A DNA stretch of 63,845 nucleotides, the filler included, from Collodictyon triciliatum (lineage: Eukaryota), in assembly GCA_043381765.1 (NCBI GenBank). It is 7 parts of 7 records of this genome, joined end to end, with 100 filler letters (N's around TTAATTAATTAA, not from the genome) between each part and the next. Parts side by side here need not be neighbours in the genome. Positions count along the whole stretch, not along the records: positions 57,613 to 61,200 come from JBHJMP010002108.1; positions 61,301 to 63,845 come from JBHJMP010002154.1; 5 more parts are not named here. The stretch is one strand, 5' to 3'. Each line of letters starts with the position of its first letter. The first letter of the stretch is position 1. Of this stretch, positions 57,715-63,845 are shown piece after piece. A model generated the notes under the pieces. The model was not told the DNA's origin. It did no database searches and saw nothing but the letters and a program-made list of their open reading frames with translations. The position numbers and the translations under genes were made by a program.

Positions 57715-59007
57715 GGAAACTATGACATGGCTTTGAGGGATTACAACCAAGCAATAATTTTAGACCTTAATAATCCGGTTCTATATGGAAACCGGGCTCA
57801 CGTTTACACCATGAAAAAGCAATGGGACAATGCCATAACTGTATTCACGATACCATCATTACACTTATTAAATCAAAATATATTTATTGTTAGAAGTTTA
57901 AACAATATTTCAAAGGATTGCACCTTGGCTATTGGAATGAACCCAGATGACCCGTGCCTCTATACGCATCGAGGAAATGCATTCGACGACAAGGCAGAAA
58001 CAAATCTCCTGACAAATCTATTCCGAATTTCTAAGGGGAATAGGAACAAACACTCGATGGATTTGAGTTATATTTTATGATTATTTTTTTTTTAAAAAAA
58101 AGGACACATGTATATCACAAAGGCAGTCAGTTGGCATGCGCACATGTTTTTGCCATACTAAGTTTGGTTTTCAAAAAACACAGGGTGACTGGGAGTCTGC
58201 AATTAAGGATTTCAATACGGCCATATCAATATCGCCAAACTACTTTTACGCGTTTCACAATAGGGGGTATGTCTTAACGAAGCGTGCTCAATGGGAAAGA
58301 GCTTATAGAGATTATACCAGGTGGTAGTCAACTCTACCCTATCTGCATAAAATCTATCTAGTTTAAAAGTATATAAATAGTAGGAACTTTACATTCACAA
58401 TTAACACTTGATACATAAATAAAGGGCTCTTGAAATTAACCCCGACAGTGCTACAACACTAAGCAACAGAGGTTATGTCAGTGTCATGAAAGGTAAAATA
58501 TGATTACAAAATACCCGACGCGCCCGCCATTTTCTGGCATATGAAGATACGAAGCAGCGAGAGACTTATTAACTAAGCAGTGGAAGCTTCTAACCAGACT
58601 TGAGAACCAATTAAAATTTTCATTTAGCTTTTTTTTCCCCAAACGATGCTCTATTATTTTATTATTTTTAATGAAGGAGATTTCACTGGTGCCATCGAAG
58701 ACTGCACTAAAGCATTGAAATTAAACAAAACCGACTCAAATGCTTATCGTCATATGGCAGCTGCATACAAGGTTATTATCCCAAATTGAAATACATGTTA
58801 TTGGATTATTATAGTACTTCTGCAGGCAATACGACCTGCATATAATATTCCACCTTCTATGGATTCCGTGCAAACGGATTCTATTAGGGACTGATGCAAT
58901 ATCAAAAAGCGGTAGATTGCCTTCGTAAATCTCTAGAAATTTCTCCTGAATATGCTGCCGCAAAACGTGAACTCCAAATAATTCTACGAGAATTTGTAAA
59001 TAAATAA
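57715..59007 (+). CDS. Tetratricopeptide-repeat protein, 5' partial; includes GC-AG intron 57994-58183
   Basis: Successive TPRs: GNYDMALRDYNQAIILD, LYGNRAHVY, GDWESAIKDFNTAISISP, AFHNRGYV, GDFTGAIEDCTKALKLN, QYQKAVDCLRKSLEISP; stop at 59005-59007. Confidence 0.9.
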
Positions 59008-59270
59008 AATAAAATGAATAAAAAACACCGCAATTCTGATACAAAAGGCGATATATAGCCCATCGCTTTAACGTGTGTTGTATTTTCCTATCATGGAGCC
59101 ATATTTTTTTTTATTTAGATTCAAACTTCCTCTAGATATCACTTAGATTTTTCAATATATGCGAATTGGGTTTCCAGTTTCTAGGGTATTGGGTCGTTGG
59201 TGTTCGGTACATTTTCTATTTCACTTTTATTCTAACGGTATACGTGTAAAATAACATCCCTAATTAACCA

Positions 59271-60632
59271 TCAATTCTGTCGTACGCGATGACCATGAGC
59301 AAATAAAACATAGCCTGAAATGTTGCTGAATCATAGCAGAAATTCTTTTCTATTATTTATAAGTGCGTTGTATTTTAATTAACTTTATAAATGTCCTACT
59401 TCGCGATTCGAAAGAAGATACAAATTGAAATATATGTTACAAATAAAAAAAAACATACAAACCAACAAAGGCATCCACAGCAATTATCCCTCAGAAGCTG
59501 ATGCGGTGTGGGTGCGTCGATCTGGTCGTACTCTGACCGATATCTCACCATGTGTATTAGAATCGACGCACCAGCGATATCTGTCAGAAAAATGATGGAC
59601 ATGAAAATTGACATAAAATGATCTTCTGACTGATATTCCTGGCGTATTGTATTTCCTGTAAGATACCATGCGCCAATAAGGAGCGGGGCACAACAAACTA
59701 TCCAAAAGACTTTTGCCATTATGACCCAGTCTTCCAATGGCCAAACAAGAAATAGACCATAACGCCGTTTTAAATACAGCTGGCTCAAATATGTTTCTGT
59801 GAAAGTAAGAACAACAGGGACCCAGTAGCAGCAAACGTGCAAAACCCAGGCCTTCTGTGTAGGGATATTATCATCCTGGGCTCGATCTTCAATCAGATGT
59901 TGGTCAACACATGAGACAAAGACACCGACCGTAAATGATACGAACGAAACGACAAAGGATATTGGGTGTGTCAACACGATGAAGGGACCGTTCAACGATG
60001 ATTCGATGTCGAGGGAGTAGTAAACAAGATCGCATATTAGTGCCCAAAATGCTAGATCAGTGTGCATGGATGGCGCCTATGTGATTAATTTTATCTTAAA
60101 GTTTATATAAAAAGGAATAAAAAAGGAATAAAAAAGGAATAAAAAAGGAATAAAAAAGGAATAAAAAAGGAATAAAAAAGGAATAAAAAAGGAATAAAAA
60201 AGGAATAAAAAGGAACAAAAAGAAAAAGGAACAAAAAGGAATAAAAAGAAGGAAAATATAAAAGGGTCAATGAAAATATATGTGAACTTATTCTACATTC
60301 ATTGTGTGGGATGTTATATTTTTTTCATTACCGAGCAAATATCTTATCAACAGATTTAAACTTAAGCGCGTTATGGCGACTGCAATAAGCGCTCGAAGTA
60401 TTTTTTTTATCATTATTTTTTTCTTTGTACGGGAAGGAAAAAAATAATAGCAAACCGACGAAATGATCACAACCACACAAGCCAGAACAAAAAAGAACGA
60501 AGCTTTCCGGAAGATGAAGGAAATCCTGTGGCGATTCTGGTCCTCGTCTTGCAAATAATCCAAATCTAAGTCTGACTTCGAGCCACTCCCACTGAACGAC
60601 ACCGATCCGGTTCCGATCCGGGAGACATCCAT
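59271..60632 (-). CDS. Multipass membrane protein of unknown family
   Basis: ORFs 60288-60632 and 59396-60067 carry about six hydrophobic helices and can be joined across the repeat-containing intron. The 3' end is tentative. Confidence 0.65.
60108..60255 (+). repeat. (AAAAAAGGAAT)n intronic repeat
   Basis: Directly visible. Confidence 0.9.
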
Positions 60633-61101
60633 TCCTAGTGGATTGTAACTTTATTGTTGCGCATTAAGAAAATTGAAAAAAGAAAAGAAAAAAGAAAAGA
60701 AAAAAGAAAAGAAAAAAGAAAAGAAAAAAGAAAAAAGGAAAATTAATAATAAAAAAATGATTAGAATGTTTCGACGTGGTTGTAGCCCTTCTGTTCCAAT
60801 TTGTTATCATAAAGACAGACTCAACGACATATACATTTTTTTCAGGCCAAAGTATTTAATTGCGACGTTTAACCGACCAGAGGATTTAAAAATGGGTCGT
60901 ATCATAACTAAAATAAAATAGAAGATATTTTCCGCAATTATCCTACTGCTTTTAAGCAAACGGCATCCAAATTCGGATAAAGGAGCAAATTCACTTATTG
61001 ATACTTAATCAGTCACATCACAGATCGGACAGGATCAATAGCGGAGCAGAGCACTAATCACAAAACAAACACAAACCCTTTACTCCATAGCAGAAGATTC
61101 C

Positions 61102-61200
61102 AAAAAGCAAAAAAGCAAAAAAGCAAAAAAGCAAAAAAGCAAAAAAGCAAAAAAGCAAAAAAGCAAAAAAGCAAAAAAGCAAAAAAGCAAAAAAGCAAAA
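61102..61200 (+). repeat. (AAAAAAGC)n at contig end
   Basis: Directly visible. Confidence 0.95.
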
Positions 61201-61300
61201 NNNNNNNNNNNNNNNNNNNNNNNNNNNNNNNNNNNNNNNNNNNNTTAATTAATTAANNNNNNNNNNNNNNNNNNNNNNNNNNNNNNNNNNNNNNNNNNNN
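61201..61300. other. Artificial contig linker
   Basis: N44-TTAATTAATTAA-N44. Confidence 0.97.
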
Positions 61301-61416
61301 ATTTATTTATTTATTTATTTATTTATTTATTTCTTTATTTATAGGTATGTCTGCCTTAATTTTTTCTCATCTATGAATGACTCTCCTTTCTTTATTTCTT
61401 TCTTTTTTGTATGTAG

Positions 61417-62979
61417 AGAATCAAACTTAAAGGCAAAATACGCAACAAGTCTAACTCAGCCGCTACAGCATCTTAAACAGCTTAGTAAGCTTAGTGTCTT
61501 GATTCAGGTAGCATCGAGAACCACACCATTATCTTAGCTTTCGTATTTACTATGCTATTTTGATAACTGCAATCTATTCAACCATTTGCCGTCTTTTTTT
61601 TTTTTTTATTTATCTAGAGGGCAACCTAATTTTTGATTTCTGTTGCCTTTTCCTTTCCCAAATTCTTACATTTCCTTTTACTTTTCTAATTTTTTCCTTT
61701 TGTTTTTCCTTTTTCCTTTTTCCTTTTTCCTTTTTCCTTTTTCCTTTTCCTTTTTCCTTTTCTTTCCCTTTCTCACATTCTTACATTTCCTTTTACTTTT
61801 CTAATTTTTCTTTTTTCTTTTTTCTCTAATTGGAGTGTGAGGAATCAAACCTAGATTTACACACATTTCGGGGGAAGATGCTGTCCGGGAGTTGGAAAGG
61901 GAACGCCTTTGAGCATGATGGAAATATTTTGGGATTAGACCTAGACAATTTAATCTTACGGGTTATTGTTATATAGATATGAAACGCAACTTAATACCCT
62001 TGATGCAAATCTACCATCGACTTTTTGATAGGATTTTAGCGTTAACATTCCTTATATATTTTATATATACTGCACAGGGATGTGTGATAAAAAATACACC
62101 CTTTGTCTACGCCTTGGTTGTCTACACAGGTTTTTGATACATTTGTGATTGAAAACTTGAGCTTTTCAATCAATGTACTTTGCATTTATTTGAATATGTA
62201 TTTCGAGCCAACTGCTGCAAAATATTATTACTTGTAATGTATACAGGAGAGGATACAAAACTGATCTCCAACCAGCAAGATCCGCCCTCAAAATTCTCTA
62301 CAATCGAAATAAAACTAAACTACACGCTGCTGGTTATATTGATGTTCCAGGTAAAATTATTCTGACGTTGATAATGTTCCCTTTTTTTTTTTCCATAACG
62401 TGTGGCATCTGTCAACTCGTGTTTATGAAGAAAAAAAATATAGATATTCCTCTGCATAGTCCTCTGTTTGCTATCATACGCTTGGAGGGTATATATTACA
62501 TCGAACTTTACTTTGAATCAAATACAGGGAAAAAATATTGCATCGAATTTTGTTAAATTTATGGGTACGCTAACATGTTGGGCGTGATGTTAAAATATGT
62601 TTTTCTTATCCATATTTTTTCCCTTTATTCGATTCAACGTCTTTCATATCATTAAAATAAAACCACTAGGAATCGAATGACAAGGATCACTGGTATTTGC
62701 AACTAAACTCGTCAGAAAAGCATGAATCCGTTCAGACAGTCCTCGATTTCTTTACTTTTTTTGTAAGTAACATATATATTATCATGATTGTATTAAAGGT
62801 AGATGCCTTCATATCAAACTCTTATCAATTATTGTAAATGTAATGTGACACTGGAACTATTTTTAGGTTTTGTTAAATTACATGATTCCTATATCTTTGT
62901 ATGTTACCGCTGAACTATGCAAGGTAATTTGAAAAAATCATTTACATTTAATTGCTTGTTTTTAAAAAGAAGATACTTC

Positions 62980-63014
<35 letters not shown>

Positions 63015-63688
63015 CTTTACCATTATTTTTATCATTACTATTATTAACGATAGGAAATTTTAATATCTAATTTTTAAGGCTATTATCTCCTACTTGGTTG
63101 TCAACGATATAGACATGTACGATGAGTCGAAAGACCAGCCAGCTATCGTTAAAACCTCGAATCTTTTGGACGAGTTGGGGATTGTGAGAAGCATTTTTTT
63201 CAATCAAATGAATGCTTTAATTGAAAATTATATGATTTAACGAAAAAGATATACTTGCGATTTACAAATAAAACTTATAATTGTCAAAATGTTAAATAAT
63301 AATCCAACCCAAAAGATCAATTACGTCTTTACGGATAAGACTGGTACTCTTACAGAAAATAAAATGGAGTTTAGAAAATGCAGTATTGCGGGTATTGTCT
63401 ACGAAAGAGCAACAGAGCAGGATTCCGATGTAAGGCATGAGTCCCCTCTTGGAAAATCCTTCTCATCCTTGGTTTTTTCTCCAAAATCGTCATCTACATT
63501 AAAGAGAGCAGTCCCTTTGGAGAGCAGAAATAGCCAGTCAAGCCTCTCTGGGGTTATTTTTTCGTCGCAAAGAAAAGAGCTATCTTCTATTCAATCGCCA
63601 GGTGGATTTCCGTACGGAGACACTCCAGAGTGCCATTTTTGGCTGACATTAGCTTTGTGTCACACAGTTTGCATAGAATCAAATGACG
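61417..63688 (+). CDS. P4-type ATPase (phospholipid flippase), internal fragment
   Basis: ESNLK, LILRGCVIKNT, VVYTGEDTKL, P4-diagnostic MIPISLYVT, TSNLLDELG, phosphorylation motif DKTGTLTEN, and LALCHTV. Confidence 0.95.
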
Positions 63689-63845
63689 GTACTCTATCTT
63701 TCTTCCCTTTCCTCCTCCTTATCGATGCTACTATTATCATTAAAAAAAATTATACAAGCTCTAGAAGTTGGCTTTTGATGATTATAAAGAATAAAGGGAA
63801 TTCCTTCTTCTTTTTTTTCTAACCTCTTCCCCCCCCCCCCCCCCC

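Overview
Intron-rich, AT-rich, microsatellite-laden eukaryotic nuclear DNA, probably from an Amorphea-type protist (inferred from Ena/VASP plus a minor-spliceosome intron). The window is seven unrelated contigs joined by artificial N44-TTAATTAATTAA-N44 linkers, so gene order across linkers carries no information. Genes reconstructed by hand-splicing: an ankyrin-repeat region that appears to splice in frame into a divergent Tubby domain; DNA polymerase alpha catalytic subunit (with a U12-type AT-AC intron and a GC-AG intron); an AMPK/MARK-related kinase; a giant near-intronless WD40 + Cys-rich repeat + multipass membrane receptor; a flavin monoamine oxidase; Ena/VASP; PRP40; a syntaxin-7/12-like SNARE; a 10 kb intronless NACHT-pentapeptide-WD40-Sel1 (NLR-like) protein; an IPT/TIG membrane protein; a MON1/HPS1/Fuzzy-family longin protein; a TPR protein; a multipass membrane protein; and a P4-ATPase. 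The best candidate for an undescribed system is the NLR-like protein. It carries a ubiquitin-like LRGG cleavage site directly followed by a cryptic myristoylation/palmitoylation N-terminus (GAVCSS). All gene models are manual and lack transcript support.
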